This document shows, one piece after another, positions 1 to 14,300 of a DNA stretch of 64,000 bases. Origin of the DNA: Eledone cirrhosa (Eukaryota); assembly GCA_964016885.1 (NCBI GenBank), contig OZ024753.1:27776001-27840000 (forward strand), read 5' to 3'. The notes under the pieces were generated by a model, which had not been told where the DNA came from, did no database searches, and worked only from the letters and a program-made list of their open reading frames with translations. Both the position numbers and the translations under genes were made by a program. How positions within the stretch are numbered: the stretch's first letter is position 1; each line of letters starts with the position of its first letter.

Positions 1-246
1 CTCCTAGAATTCTGCCTTGACAACGGCTAAGGGGTCATCTCTCCCAGTGATTTTGGATGGCCATTGACTCTTAAGAGCTCCTTTGCCCTTTGACAGGTTT
101 TGTTTTTAGTCCTGCAGGATGTCCAAAGTCACCCTCCTCACCAAGAAACCTTAGTGGGGTTGCCAGTTTAGTCGCCAACGACCCGACCATGAGACAGGTT
201 GTACTGGGATACATGTTACCAGTAGCACCAAGTGGTGACCTGACAT
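1..246 (-). mobile_element. 5' part of RTE-derived bipartite short element (cut by window edge)
   Basis: Reverse-complement match to 61834-62080; the element 5' end (atgtcaggtcacc) abuts a (TA/CATA)n array. Confidence 0.85.
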
Positions 247-348
247 ACATACATATATATATATGCATACATACATACACATATATATGCATTCATACAT
301 ATATATATATATACATATACATATATATATACATATATATATATATAC

Positions 349-408
<60 letters not shown>

Positions 409-756
409 ATATATATGCATACATACATATATATATGCATACATACATATATATATATGCATACATACATATATATATATATACATATATATATATACAT
501 ACATACATATATATATATACATACATATATATATATATACATACATACATATATATATATGCATATATACATATATATATATACATACATACATATATAT
601 ATATATACATACACACATATCTATATATACATACATACATATATATATATACATACATACATATCTATATATACATACATACATATCTATATATACATAC
701 ATACATATCTATATATACATACATATATATATATATACATACATACATATCTATAT

Positions 757-830
<74 letters not shown>

Positions 831-831
831 G

Positions 832-877
<46 letters not shown>

Positions 878-1085
878 TACATACACATATATATGCATAC
901 ATATATATATATGCATACATACTTATATGCATGCATACATACATGCATACATACATACATGCATACATACATAAATATATATATATATACATATATATAT
1001 ATACATATATATATATACATATACAAATATATATACATACAGATATATATACGCATACATACACACGTACATACATACACACACA
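246..1085. repeat. Compound (TA)n/(TACA)n microsatellite
   Basis: Direct reading; source of the YI/HT-rich spurious ORFs. Confidence 0.95.
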
Positions 1086-1155
1086 TTATCACCCGCCTAT
1101 TACACACTTTATCACCCGCCTATTACACACTTTATCACCCGCCTATTACACACAT
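1086..1155. repeat. 23-bp tandem repeat x3
   Basis: ttatcacccgcctattacacact repeated three times. Confidence 0.9.
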
Positions 1156-2019
1156 TAACACTTAATATACATCATAACAAAACCAATTTTATTTGTGTGT
1201 ACGATAATACAAACAAAAACAACGTGCGCACACACATACACTCACCCATATGCATGATGGTGGTAGTGCGCATTTTTACACATGCCACCCCACTACCACA
1301 ATACTGTTCTCTCACATCTATTTAATACTCGCTATGCACATGCAGTTATTCAATATAATATATGGTGGTGGTGGCGGGGATAGTAATGGTGATGATGATG
1401 ATGATGATGGGGTTACTATGTCATTGGAGGAGATTTGACTGTTATTTTTAACAAATAGAGTGACTACGCATAGACTCCCTGTTGATAGAAGTTCTGGTGG
1501 TGGTGGTAGTAGTTGTTGTTGTAGATAGAGGTAGTGATCGTGGTGGTTGTGATGCTGATGTTGGTTGTGATGGTGGTCTTAATTTTTATGGTGGTAATGA
1601 TGGTGGTGGTGGTGGTGATGATGATGATAGTATTGATATTGATAGTTTTAGTGATAGCGGTGGTTGTGGTAACGCTGATGTGGATGCTAATGGTTGTAGA
1701 GATAGTGCTGTTTACGTTGATGTCTGTGGCAATAATAGAAAAAAAACATCCCTCTGCTGACAAGACCGCAAAAGCACTTCCGCGGACGACACCCGCTGCA
1801 GCAGCCACCCTCACCTCACGAGGCTCCTTCCTCGGACAGGCTACTGAGGTCTCGACGGCGACCGGACAACCCTCGGTGTTTGTTTGCAGTATCTAATCCG
1901 ATTTAGTATGCTCTAAGTTCAAATAGTATGGCAGATACTATTTGTCTATTTATACTAATAAATAGACAAATGAAAACATTGTTTCCTTGATCGGTCTGAT
2001 GATCGGTCACGTTCTTTAT

Positions 2020-2820
2020 TGTTGTTGTGGTTGTGGTTGTTGTTGTTGCTGTTATTATTGTTGTGGTTGCTATTGTTGTTGTTATTGTTGTGGCTGCTGT
2101 TGTTATGGTTGCTATTGTTACTGTTGTTATTGTTGTGGCTGCTGTTGTTATGGTTGCTATTGTTACTGTTGTTATTGTTGTTGTGGTGGTGGTTGCTGTG
2201 GTTCTTCTTGTGGTTGCTGTTGTTATTGTTGCGGTCACTGGTGTTGTTGTGGTTGATGTTGTTGTTGTTGTTGTTGTTGTTGTTATTGTTGTTGTGGTTT
2301 CTGTTGTTATTGTTGTTGTGGTTTCTGTTGTTATTGTTGTTGTGGTTTCTGTTGTTATTGTTGTGGTTTCTGTTGGTATTGTGGTTGTTATTGTTGTGGT
2401 TTCTGTTGTTATTGTTGTGGTTTCTGTTGGTATTGTGGTTGTTATTGTTGTTGTTTCTGTTGGTATTGTGGTTGTTATTGTTGTTGTTTCTGTTGGTATT
2501 GTGGTTGTTATTGTTGTTGTTTCTGTTGGTATTGTGGTTGTTATTGTTGTTGTTTCTGTTGGTATTGTGGTTGTTATTGTTGTTGTTTCTGTTGTTATTG
2601 TGGTTGTTATTGTTGTGGTTTCTGTTGGTATTGTGGTTGTTATTGTTGTGGTTTCTGTTGGTATTGTGGTTGTTATTGTTGTTGTTTCTGTTGGTATTGT
2701 GGTTGTTATTGTTGTTGTTTCTGTTGGTATTGTGGTTGTTATTGTTGTTGTTTCTGTTGGTATTGTGGTTGTTATTGTTGTGGTTTCTGTTGGTATTGTG
2801 GTTGTTATTGTTGCGGTTGC
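2020..2820. repeat. (GTT)n-derived minisatellite, about 30-bp unit
   Basis: Unit approximately gtttctgttggtattgtggttgttattgtt reiterated; reads TTTIPTETTTI on the minus strand. Confidence 0.9.
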
Positions 2821-3616
2821 TGAGAGTCTTGTTATTGGTAGTAGTGGTGGTGGTGGTGGTGCTGGTGTTGATGGTTGTGATGATAATGATGATAACGAAG
2901 TTATGTTGATGATGGTGATGATGATAAAAGTGATGGATATGGTAATAGTCAATATGTGGTGGTGGCGATGGGGAGGTTAGTGGTGGAGTTGGGATGGCTT
3001 TGGTGACGTTGGTAGTGGTAGTATAATGTTGAAAAATGTGACAATAATAAAGATGGTAATGATGAAGATAGTGATGTTGGTGATGGTGATAAGGGAGACG
3101 ATGATAATGATGGTGATAGTTAGTGAGAAACGAATGGGTCAAATACGGACTGGAGGAGATTGTCGAAATGTTGTTTATAACGTTTGCGCATGCGCATCCG
3201 TTGACTTCCGACAGGAAGCTGAGAGCAGGAGGATGTGTGTCTCTGTGTATATATGTGTGTGTAGAGAGAGGTGGTATGAGGGATGTTGATATCAATAACG
3301 CTGCAGCAAAAACTTGCTTGTGACTGCACCTGTAGATGAATGTTTAGCATCACACACGCATACACACATACAGACAAATATAGATGCTATCATAGACACA
3401 CATACCTATATATATATTTTTTTATTACATAATATATATTATATACATATATTTTATACATAATATATATATTATATATATAATATTGTGTGTTGGTATT
3501 TAAACGATAGTTATAGCTCTGGTTTATCCAAACTATTGAGCCCTTTGCCACGCATTTCGAAGATTGTGTTTTGTGATTTCGTGGGCCGAAATTCCGATTC
3601 TCGATGATTTATTTTT

Positions 3617-3660
<44 letters not shown>

Positions 3661-4629
3661 TACCACTTACACTACCACCACCACTGCTGCTAGAGATGTT
3701 CTCTCGCTATTAATCTCACCCCTCACACACACATTCACCAAACCATCAGCATCACTACTATTCTATTATATCACCAATCATCATCAACACCGCCATCACC
3801 AAAACCACTATAACCATCAGCAACACTACCACCACCAACAACTTCTTCACTTCTATCACACTAGTCTTACCAAGATTACCGCCATCAGAAGCACCATCAC
3901 CACCACCACCGCCACCACCACTACTAGTACCAGCTAGCATACCAACAGAACTACCACCACTACCACCAGCTAACAACATCATACATCATCGTTACTACTC
4001 TACATTATAACATACCATCAAGAATATATACCTCTTCTACTACTACTACTACTGCTACTACTACTACTACTACTACCACCTCCATATTAAACCACCACAT
4101 TAAACTAATACCACTGCTACCAGCGCATTCACCCCACCACCACACTAAACTATCACCATCATTAGCATAAGTGCCTGAACTACCACTATCACCACCACAA
4201 GTGATACTACACTAAACCATCGAGGACACCACCACCACTACTACTACTACTACTATTTCCACCCGCATCACTACTACCACCATCAGGACTGATCTAGAAA
4301 CAGCAGCCAAATCTCCCTCAAATCACTAAATAATGTAGTTTTACATAAGACTGGGTTAACCTTTTGGTCATAGATCAGCTTCATCAGTGTTGATCTGAGG
4401 TTAAACAACAGCAACAACAACTACCACGAACACCCACCACCACCACTACCAGGTTCCCAGGACATACCTGTCCCAATGCATTTGTATCTATATATACATA
4501 CTTAACCGCGTCATCACAACTACGAACATATGCAAATTTGCATTCAGGTGCCTATGCACATATACACATTCATATATATATCTGCACAATTTCCCGTATG
4601 TGTGTGTGTGTGTGCAATTACTTTATGGC

Positions 4630-5222
4630 AGTCATTTTAGCCATTCAAAGACACAAAAAAAACTGTTACATTCATTGTTTTGGTTTTTCTTTTTTTCGGG
4701 TTGTAAACATTTTCGTCACACTCTCTGCAACCTGGACGGTGACACAAATCCACTGCAACAACACCTAAGTCGAATCAGTGTCGCCATTACCTCCACCACC
4801 GCCACAACTTCGCTGTTGCCGTCATCATCATCATCACCAAAATATCTGTTCTATCATTTCCATCACACCGATCAGCATCATCATCATCATCATCACCAAA
4901 ATATCTGTTCTATCATTTCCATCACACCCATCAGCATCATCAGCACCACCATCAGCACTCATTTGTCGCATAGCAAACTTGTGCACCTTCATTGTATGCA
5001 TTCGTATTGATGTATATATACACATGCCACCTTCCAAATGCATACATTTGCAATCCTGCATTCACGTGTCTATCCCCACTTACACACACACAGGCACACA
5101 CAAACACACTGCCTTGGAATCGTGTCAGTGACCAGGTCACAGTGAGCGTGACTAAAACTTAGTCACTACGAAAGAAAAGTGATTATAACGGCTTCAATGA
5201 GTTTCAAATGGCTACAATGACA
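4630..5222. mobile_element. Degenerate palindromic (MITE-like) repeat interrupted by (CAT)n-rich sequence
   Basis: Termini gtcattttagccattcaaagacac / gagtttcaaatggctacaatgac are inverted; an uninterrupted relative lies at about 46058-46270. Confidence 0.55.
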
Positions 5223-5425
5223 TATCTTTGAAGAAAGTCTCTCATAAAGTCATTTGTAAAACACAATTCCGATATGTGTGTGTGTGTGTGTGTCTAGCAT
5301 AGAAACACTCCCGGGGTTACTCGTCCAAATAAGTGCCATTTATATTTATGAAGATAGACACCCCTCCCCCCACCCCCCAAGGTGGCTGAGTCTATAAGCC
5401 AAAATGTCATGCAGCAGACATTCGC

Positions 5426-5477
<52 letters not shown>

Positions 5478-5872
5478 ATAGATATAAATCGAATTTGTAG
5501 CCGCAGTATAGCAATATATATATATATAAGTGTGTGTATGTGTGTGTGTGCGTGTGTGTTAATGCATCCTCTTGTTTGTTCGTTTTGTGTTTTCACGGCA
5601 TACACACACACACACACACAATAGGCTTACATTCATATGTACTAATTTGTTAATTCATTTTATTGCTATTATAAAGTGGGTGTCTGACACATTGCCTTGC
5701 AATATTTGGTTTCAAATTCGATCGTGTTCAACTTTGCCGTTCATTTTTTCGATTTTGGAAAGCACTAATCCAGTAGTAGGATCGATTCCTCCCTCCTACC
5801 TCTCTTTCGAAGATATTGGCTGTGTTGAGACCATGGGAAAGATTAGCCCTGCCAGATTTAAATGCCCTAGAC

Positions 5873-6055
5873 CAGGGTTTCCCAAACTTTTTCAAACGCG
5901 GAACCCTTTTTGGTTCTGAAACTTTTGGGAAACCACCAAGTCTAATACTTTTATATGGTTGTAATATAAATATACTCCTCTACTTTTATCATGGGAACCC
6001 AGACACTTCTTTGTGGAACTCTTGGGTTCCACGGAACCTACGTTGGGAACCACTG
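5873..6055. mobile_element. hAT (Charlie-like) MITE, 183 bp
   Basis: TIRs cagggtttcccaa / ttgggaaccactg; perfect 8-bp TSD ccctagac at 5865-5872 and 6056-6063. Confidence 0.9.
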
Positions 6056-6282
6056 CCCTAGACAATACGTCATGGCAATGCCCCTCAGACTCTAGCAGGA
6101 ATTAAGGGTCCATGGTTTGATGACTCATTCTTTGTGCCTGAGTTATTCCTATAATCACTTTTGTTGTAGTCGTTGTCTTTATCATAATGGATGTGATGCT
6201 GTTGTTGCTAAGATCGTCTATTATCATCGTTGTGATGTGATGCTGTTGTTGCTAACATCGTCTATTATCATCGTTGTGATGT

Positions 6283-6483
6283 GATTAAATCGACTCCAGT
6301 GCATGACTGGTACTTTATTTTATCGACCCTGCAAGGATGAAAGGCATGGCGAGGTTAGCTTTGCCTTTCATCCTTACGGGATCGATAAAATAAAATACCA
6401 GTAATGCACTGAGGTTGATTTAATCGACTTTACCCTCCCCTAAAATTGTTGGCCTTGTGCCTAAAGTAGAATCCGTTATTATT
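6283..6483. mobile_element. Two partial SINE family A copies in opposite orientation
   Basis: 6283-6346 minus and 6348-6483 plus, both carrying the gcctttcatcc...gataaaataaagtaccag core. Confidence 0.75.
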
Positions 6484-6642
6484 GTTGTGGTGTGTTGCTG
6501 TTGTTGCTAACATCATCAATTAATACCGTCATTACTGTTGTTGTTGCTAATATGCCAGAGCTGTTATTGTTTAGTCAGCGGAGATGTAGCAATACCCTTA
6601 GCTCTATTTGCTTTCATAGGCCGGTGAGATCGATGAGGCTTC

Positions 6643-6950
6643 CACTCAGTTTCCACCCACACAATTTCACACAGCCATGCTTTGGCAGAGTTTCAGTCTT
6701 CCCAATTTTACTTACAAGGTTTAGGCCGACCCGAGACTATGGGAAAAGATACTTGCCCAAGATACCATACAGTGGGATCGAATTTAGGACCTTATGATTG
6801 CATTGAAAACATCTTAATAGCTCACCTATACCATTTTAAGGTAAAATCTATCTGACGGGTTTCAACACAGTTTACGACTACCCAATTTTTCTCACAAGGT
6901 TTTTGTCGACCCGAGGCTATGAGACAGGCATTTGTTCAAAATGTAACACA
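6643..6950 (-). mobile_element. tRNA-derived SINE family D, two decayed copies
   Basis: Matches the plus-strand copies at 14150-14300 and 8580-8720 (gggcaagt...ctatagcctcgggtcg...gtgagtgaaatttg). Confidence 0.6.
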
Positions 6951-7508
6951 GTGAAAAATGAAATGAAATTTAAAGGTCACACTTGTGCAGGGGTAACTAC
7001 TCTCCTTATGAGACTGTATTTCATTGGAAGTTTCTGGGATGTTTTAAAAGCGGGATCGAATCTGGGATCGATTTCGTGATCACGAAGCGAACCTCTTAAC
7101 CATACAACTATGCCTGTGTCCATGTTAGTAAGTAAATGACGATTCGTCGATCAGTGAGATGTTTGTGATGTTATTTGTTGATGTTTTGGATGCCGTCCAG
7201 AATGTTTGCATGTGTAAGCAGCTGCAGTACCGTCCCAGATAAATGAGGCTATACGTGTAAATGTGGAATAGACGGGTATCTTGTTCAGCGTCTGCAACGG
7301 TTCACAACTGAAGTGTTTTCTGGCCTTGAGGAGGAAAAACAGCTTTTGCTCTCTCTCTCTCTCTCTCTCTCTCGTTGTTCTGAGAGGCAGTCTTTTGGCT
7401 ATGGTATTATTGATGTCTGATCACTATAGAAGGCAATCAGGGATTGTAACGTCCAGTATTAGTAGGCAGTGTGTATGTATGGAAGTGATTTGTGTGTGCG
7501 TCTATGCG

Positions 7509-7540
<32 letters not shown>

Positions 7541-7541
7541 T

Positions 7542-8092
7542 ACTGGTACTTTATTTTATCGACCTTGTAAGGATAAAAGGCAAAGTTAACCTCGGCGGGA
7601 TTTGAACTCAGAACGTGGAGGGCCGTAACTCTATGCTGCAAAGCACGTTATCCGGCACTCTACCGATGCTAATATAATGATTTCTTATATAGACACAAGG
7701 CCAGTAATTTGGGGGGGGGGGGAAGTCGATTAAATCGACCCCAGTACATTACTGGTGCTTTATTTTATCGACCCCATAAGGATGAAAAGCAAAGTTAACC
7801 TCGGCGGGATTTGAACTCAGAACGTGGAGGGCCGTAACTCTATGCTGCAAAGCACGTTATCCGGCACTCTACCGATGCTAATATAATGATTTCTTATATA
7901 GACACAAGGCCAGTAATTTGGGGGAGGGGGAAGTCGATTAAATCGACCCCAGTACATTACTGGTGCTTTATTTTATCGACCCCATAAGGATGAAAGGCAA
8001 AGTTAACCTCGGCGGATTTGAACTCAGAACGTGAAGGGCCGTAACTCTATGCTGCAAAGCACGTTGTCCGGCACTCTACCGATGCTAATATA
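7542..8092 (-). mobile_element. Head-to-tail tandem array of SINE family A (about 2.6 units of about 210 bp)
   Basis: Near-identical repeats of ...ttaacctcggcgggatttgaactcagaacgtggagggccgtaac...; B box (gttcaaatcc) on the minus strand. Confidence 0.9.
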
Positions 8093-8304
8093 ATGAAATA
8101 ATAGATATTCATGCACAACACGACCTAAAACAACTTTAATAATAACTGTATATTCAAATGATAAACCACGCCATGAAAACTGAACAAATGTAAACTCGTT
8201 TTTGTTCGCTTTGGGCACAAAAAAAAAAAAAAATTGCCTTTGTATTTTTCACAGTTAGTTATCAGTTCATCCTCCTATCATATAATATAAAAGGGTAAAG
8301 ACTC

Positions 8305-8540
8305 CCTTCAGCCACAAATGACCATGGGATTTGCTCCTAGAACGTTGCCTTCTGAGGTACAAATCTGGGCAAGGTTGGTTTTGGAAGACCAGAAATCGCC
8401 CATATATACCACCGATAATGTTCAAGGAAAAGACAAAGACCGATACAGCTTGGCACCAGTGGCGTCGCAACTCATTTCTACAGCTGAGTAAACTGGAACA
8501 TTGTAACCCCAATGCTCTAACCACTAAGACATGCGCCTTC
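8305..8540 (-). mobile_element. SINE family C with long tail, internally deleted
   Basis: Similar to 16500-16793 and 54464-54606. Confidence 0.6.
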
Positions 8541-8915
8541 ATCATCATATAATACATGATATTATATAAAAAGGTTATCTGCGTGGTTAAGGAATTCGCT
8601 TGATGTCAGGTCCAATTCCATTGCATGGAATCTTGGCCAAGTGTATTTTACTGTATCAACAGGTTGACTAATTACTGTGTGAATTAAATTTAGTGAGGGA
8701 TTTGACACAAAAGAACACCCCCACCACAAAAAGACGATAAAATAAGAAGCAGACTTGAAAGTACTGGGATCTACATGATTGACTAAATCAATGCCCCAGC
8801 AAGGCCGCTCTTTAAAGACTAAAACCAATGAAAGAAGTAATCAAAAAGGGACAGATAAGACTATAATGTAATAATATATATATGTATGTGTGTATATGTG
8901 TGTTTATATAGACAC

Positions 8916-8954
<39 letters not shown>

Positions 8955-9130
8955 AATTGATAATCAGACCTATTGTCTCGTCTTCCTTGCTCGTAATAAC
9001 AGCAACGGACATAACAAGATGGTGTTTATGAATAACATTGCTGTAAACACCAAAATCAATGCTTTACACACACACACATAAACACACACACATATACACG
9101 CGCACACAAATATGTGTGTGTGTACGTGTG

Positions 9131-9184
<54 letters not shown>

Positions 9185-9517
9185 ATTGTTTCATGTGTGT
9201 GTGTATTTATATATACTCACATTCACAAACACTTATACGCACACGCGCACATATAGATTTACTTATATGAAGCTTTTCGGTCCATTATCGATCTGTCAGT
9301 GCCGGTCCATTATCGATCTATCAGTGCCGGTCTTATAAACCTTTAGATATGTGGTGCATCAGCGCAACTCACGCAGTAGTGTGAGCTGATTTCAGCTCTG
9401 CTTGTTTTCTCCTAGTAAAATCTGGTCTAGCAGTTGAAATTGGTTAGCTGTTTACTGGTTAGCTATCACTGCAGAGATGATAGAACCAACACATGGTGAG
9501 ATGCTGCTGCCCTATTT

Positions 9518-9574
<57 letters not shown>

Positions 9575-9628
9575 TATATATAGATAGATGTGTATATGTG
9601 CGTGTATATATATATATGTGTGTGTGTA

Positions 9629-9659
<31 letters not shown>

Positions 9660-9919
9660 GTACGTAACATTGAAAATAAAACCAAATGTTGTTAATTATA
9701 TCATATTTTAATTAACGTACGTTTCTTCCATCTTATAGGATATACAATTAATTATTAATTAATGAATTATGTAATCCAATAATTTGCATTCATCAGAATT
9801 AATAAAACATATAAACAACATTATTACCTCTACAAATCATTTTGTATAAGAATGCACCTTACCGCTGTTTTCTTATTTAAAAACGACTTATTCAATATAT
9901 ATTTATATAAATGTATGTA

Positions 9920-11015
9920 TATGTGGCACTGTTTCAAACTGAAAATGAATTCAAACTCTCCCATGAAAAGGAGAGGGCAGAAAGACAAGCCAGGACTATA
10001 GAAAACAAAGACGAACTCTAAGGCCTTCTTTAAATTTCCCAAAGAGACCGCATCGGTATACTATAGGATAGGGCTATATTTCCATACAAGTGGTTCACCG
10101 GTTTCAGAGCCCCAAAGGATAAGTGAGGTACTGAATGAATAATACAAAAGTGTTTCCGCACCTCCAATTCGACACTTGCAAATAAATAAGCCAGATGAGT
10201 TCTTTAACACTACTGCATTAAACAGAGAAATGGCAACCATCAACCACGTATACAGATGAAAGATGTAATATCATCCACAGATGAAATTAAACCAAATTCA
10301 GCTGCTGGCCCTGGTGGTTTCCCAGCAATCCTCCTAAAAGCATGCAAGCGAACATTAGCAAAACCACTGCAGATCCTCTTCCCAAAATCCCCTTCAAGTG
10401 GTAAACTACCCTGAAAACTAAAAGAAGGTATAATATGTCATATACATAATGGAGGAAGCATAGCAGATGCTAAAACCTACAGACCTGTCTCCCTGACCTC
10501 ACATATCATCAAAGTCATGGATCGAGTCATGGATCGAATCATCAGAAGGAAACTGATTACTTTTCTAAAGGTCTTCTAACTGACGACCACATGTCTTTCG
10601 CTCGGGTAGAATTTGTCTTAGGCAGCTCTTGCAGCATTATAACTGGATACTCAAACAGCTGCTAGACTGTTCGAACGTTGATATAATACATCTTGATTTT
10701 GCGAAGGCCTTCGACAAGGTTAATCATGAAATGATTTGTCACAAACAACGAAGCTTTGGCATAGCTGGAAAACTAGGTGAATGGCTTAATGACTTCATAA
10801 AAGACAGAAGCCAGACTGTTGCAGCCAACGGAGTCCCCCCCCCCAAGGAAACATCAGTAACAAGCGGCGTGTCCCAGGGAACCTTCTAGAGGCCACAACT
10901 GTTTGTGGTGGCTCTCTCATACATACGGACAGCCTCCCTCTCAAAAGCACAACAGCCAATCAAAAAACCGGATTAGATGCCATATACGTAGGGGCTGAAA
11001 ACAACAATATGAAAT
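9920..11015 (+). pseudogene. Degraded CR1/L2-group LINE reverse transcriptase fragment
   Basis: Translations KPNSAAGPGGFPAILLKACKRTLAKPL, YRPVSLTSHIIKVM, VDIIHLDFAKAFDKVNH and VTSGVSQGT, with stops and frameshifts. Confidence 0.9.
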
Positions 11016-11116
11016 TTATATATATATATATACATATATATATATACATTATATATATATATATATATATATTATGAGCATAAAACAAAGAAGCCTTCAA
11101 TACATCTAAAGTCTTT

Positions 11117-11161
11117 ATTAGCCAACAATGTTTCGTCCTATTAAGGACTCATCAGGCAAAT
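11117..11161 (-). ncRNA. Minimal type I hammerhead ribozyme motif (stem I/cleavage site imperfect)
   Basis: Minus strand: atttgc CTGATGA gtcct taat aggac GAAA cattgttg gctaat, then aataaa. Confidence 0.7.
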
Positions 11162-11226
11162 TAAAACTACATTTCTATAATACGAAGAGGGTGTTTAACT
11201 CCAACACGCTCCAGTATTTTAATCCT

Positions 11227-11657
11227 TATATATATATATATATATATATACATTATATATATATATATATACATTAAATATATATATCTATACGTTGTAA
11301 ATATATATATATATATATACATTATAAAAATATATATATACATTATAAATATATATATATACATTATAAATATATATATATATACATTATATATATATAT
11401 ATACATTATATATATTTATATATATATACATTATAAATATATATATATATACATTATATATATATATATATATATACATTATAAATATATATATATATAC
11501 ATTATATATATATATATATATACATTATATATATATATATATATACATTATAAATATATATATATATACATTATAAATATATATATATATACATTATATA
11601 TATATATACATTATATATATATATATATATACATTATATATATATATATACATTATA

Positions 11658-11722
<65 letters not shown>

Positions 11723-11788
11723 TATAAATATATATATTATATATATATACATTATATATATATATACATTATATATATATATATATAC

Positions 11789-11860
<72 letters not shown>

Positions 11861-11885
11861 AATATATATATATATACATTATATA

Positions 11886-11923
<38 letters not shown>

Positions 11924-11956
11924 TATATATAAATATATATATATATACATTATATA

Positions 11957-12016
<60 letters not shown>

Positions 12017-12033
12017 AATATATATATATATAC

Positions 12034-12086
<53 letters not shown>

Positions 12087-12109
12087 TATATATATATATA
12101 TATATATAC

Positions 12110-12174
<65 letters not shown>

Positions 12175-12195
12175 TATATATATATATATATATAC

Positions 12196-12261
<66 letters not shown>

Positions 12262-12291
12262 AATATATATATATATACATTATATATATAT

Positions 12292-12330
<39 letters not shown>

Positions 12331-12347
12331 AATATATATATATATAC

Positions 12348-12394
<47 letters not shown>

Positions 12395-12947
12395 TATATA
12401 TATATATATATATATATACATTATATATATATATATATACATTATATATATATATACATTATATATATATATATACATTATATATATATATATAGACATT
12501 ATATATATATATATATAGACATTATATATATATACATTATATATATATATTCATTATTTTTATATATATATATTCATTATTTATATATATATATATACAT
12601 TATATATATATATATATACACATACATTATATATATATATATACATTATATATATATATATACATTATATATATATATATATTATATATATATATATACA
12701 TTATATATATATACATACATTATATATATATACATTATATATATACATTATATATATATATATACATTATATATATATATATATATATACATTATATATA
12801 TACATACATTATATATATATACATTATATATATATACATTATATATATACATACATTATATATATATATATATTATATATAAGATATACATTATAGATAC
12901 ATATATATATATATATACACACACACATTACATATATATATATATAA
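11227..12947. repeat. 1.7-kb (TA)n array punctuated by CAT/AAA variants
   Basis: Direct reading. Confidence 0.95.
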
Positions 12948-14149
12948 TGGCTAACGTAGTTGAGTCATACAAGTTTTATTTATTCATGTATATTTCGAAG
13001 ATTCGTTGTTGTCTAATGGATATGTTTTCACAATGGGAAGAGGGGCGATATTGAGTCATTACACTCGCTCACTTCACTACTGAAGTTTAACTAAGAGGCA
13101 ACCAGTTCCATCGCTTGCCTTAATCAATTCAGCTTTATCCATTCTTTCATTCATTCACTCATTCATTTATTTATTCATTCATTCATTGAACTGTCTCACA
13201 CATACAAATACACACAAACACGCACACTTACACACAAACACTCAAACACGCACACTTACATGCATACTCGTGAATGCGGTTATTGCTTGAAAAACGTTGT
13301 TCCCCGGTCAGCTTGTAGCAGTTTAAAATGTAAGGTTGGTCAAATTTATAAATCAATTTTATAAAGGGCACCGAATGTCATAGCAAAAACCAGTATATCG
13401 TCGGCATTTTGTTACGTCATGACCGTAAGTGGCACCCGCATGGTCTTTGGCTTTTATACTTCCAGGTTTTGTAATATAAACCCTACTCGAGTACTGGGGT
13501 TTATTTCACCCTGTCCTTAACTATATTTCTAATGAAAAACACTACCCATGATGTTCAAATAATTCTGAAAACAATCAAGAATTTCGTTATTCAAAATCTC
13601 GATTATTCTCGCTTGGAGACAGTGCCTCCGTTACCCTTTTAATCCATAATACCGCCCTCTTTACAAATCTATGAGTGTTGCTGGTTGATTTAGAAATTGT
13701 CATTATGTCGATGTGGACGAAAGATACTGTAGAGCACGAGGCAAAAGGTCTTTGCCGCAGTGGCTTATTTAGTTATGTCCCTTTATGTTCTGAGTTCAAA
13801 TCTCACCGGGGAAGGTTTTGATTCCATGACTCTGTGGTTGGTAAATTAACTATGAGTTAATTACTTGTATCGGATGAATCTGTTGTAAGTCAAAAATGGC
13901 CCAGTTGTTGTTAGGAAGTTGGACTCATGATTGTAAGTTCGTGAGTTCGTTTCACAAATTGGATTGTGCATTGCGTCCTTGAACAAAGTACTTCATTTTC
14001 CGTTGCTTTAGTTCACTGAATCGTTAAAAATCAGTACTGGCAATTGTATACTCTCAATTGCTTAACATCAATGAAACCAGGATAAGCTCTGACCTGATGT
14101 GACTGAGTTCCATACAGACTTTAACCAAAACAGGTTTATGTATGGATAG

Positions 14150-14300
14150 CATGGCTATGTGGTCATGAAGTCCTCTTTGAAACCACGTCGTTTCGAATTC
14201 ACTCCAACTGCGTGGTACCTTGTCTTCCATTATAACCTCAGATTGACCAATGCTCCGTGAGTGAAATTTGTTAGATGGAAACTGCGAAGAAACCCACCTC
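14150..14300 (+). mobile_element. tRNA-derived SINE family D
   Basis: tRNA-like head followed by the ccattataacctcagattgaccaatgctccgtgagtgaaatttg body shared with 6643-6950. Confidence 0.6.

Noticed and set aside
90-1165. Long YI/HT/VC-rich ORFs here and at 23-28, 44, 50-51 and 61 kb
   Set aside because: Translations of dinucleotide and tetranucleotide repeats that lack stops in several frames.
8962-9025. HHR-like trace on the minus strand; similar traces at 27015-27065, 28575-28635, 45140-45157 and 62480-62500
   Set aside because: Core boxes missing or too mutated to distinguish from chance; not counted.
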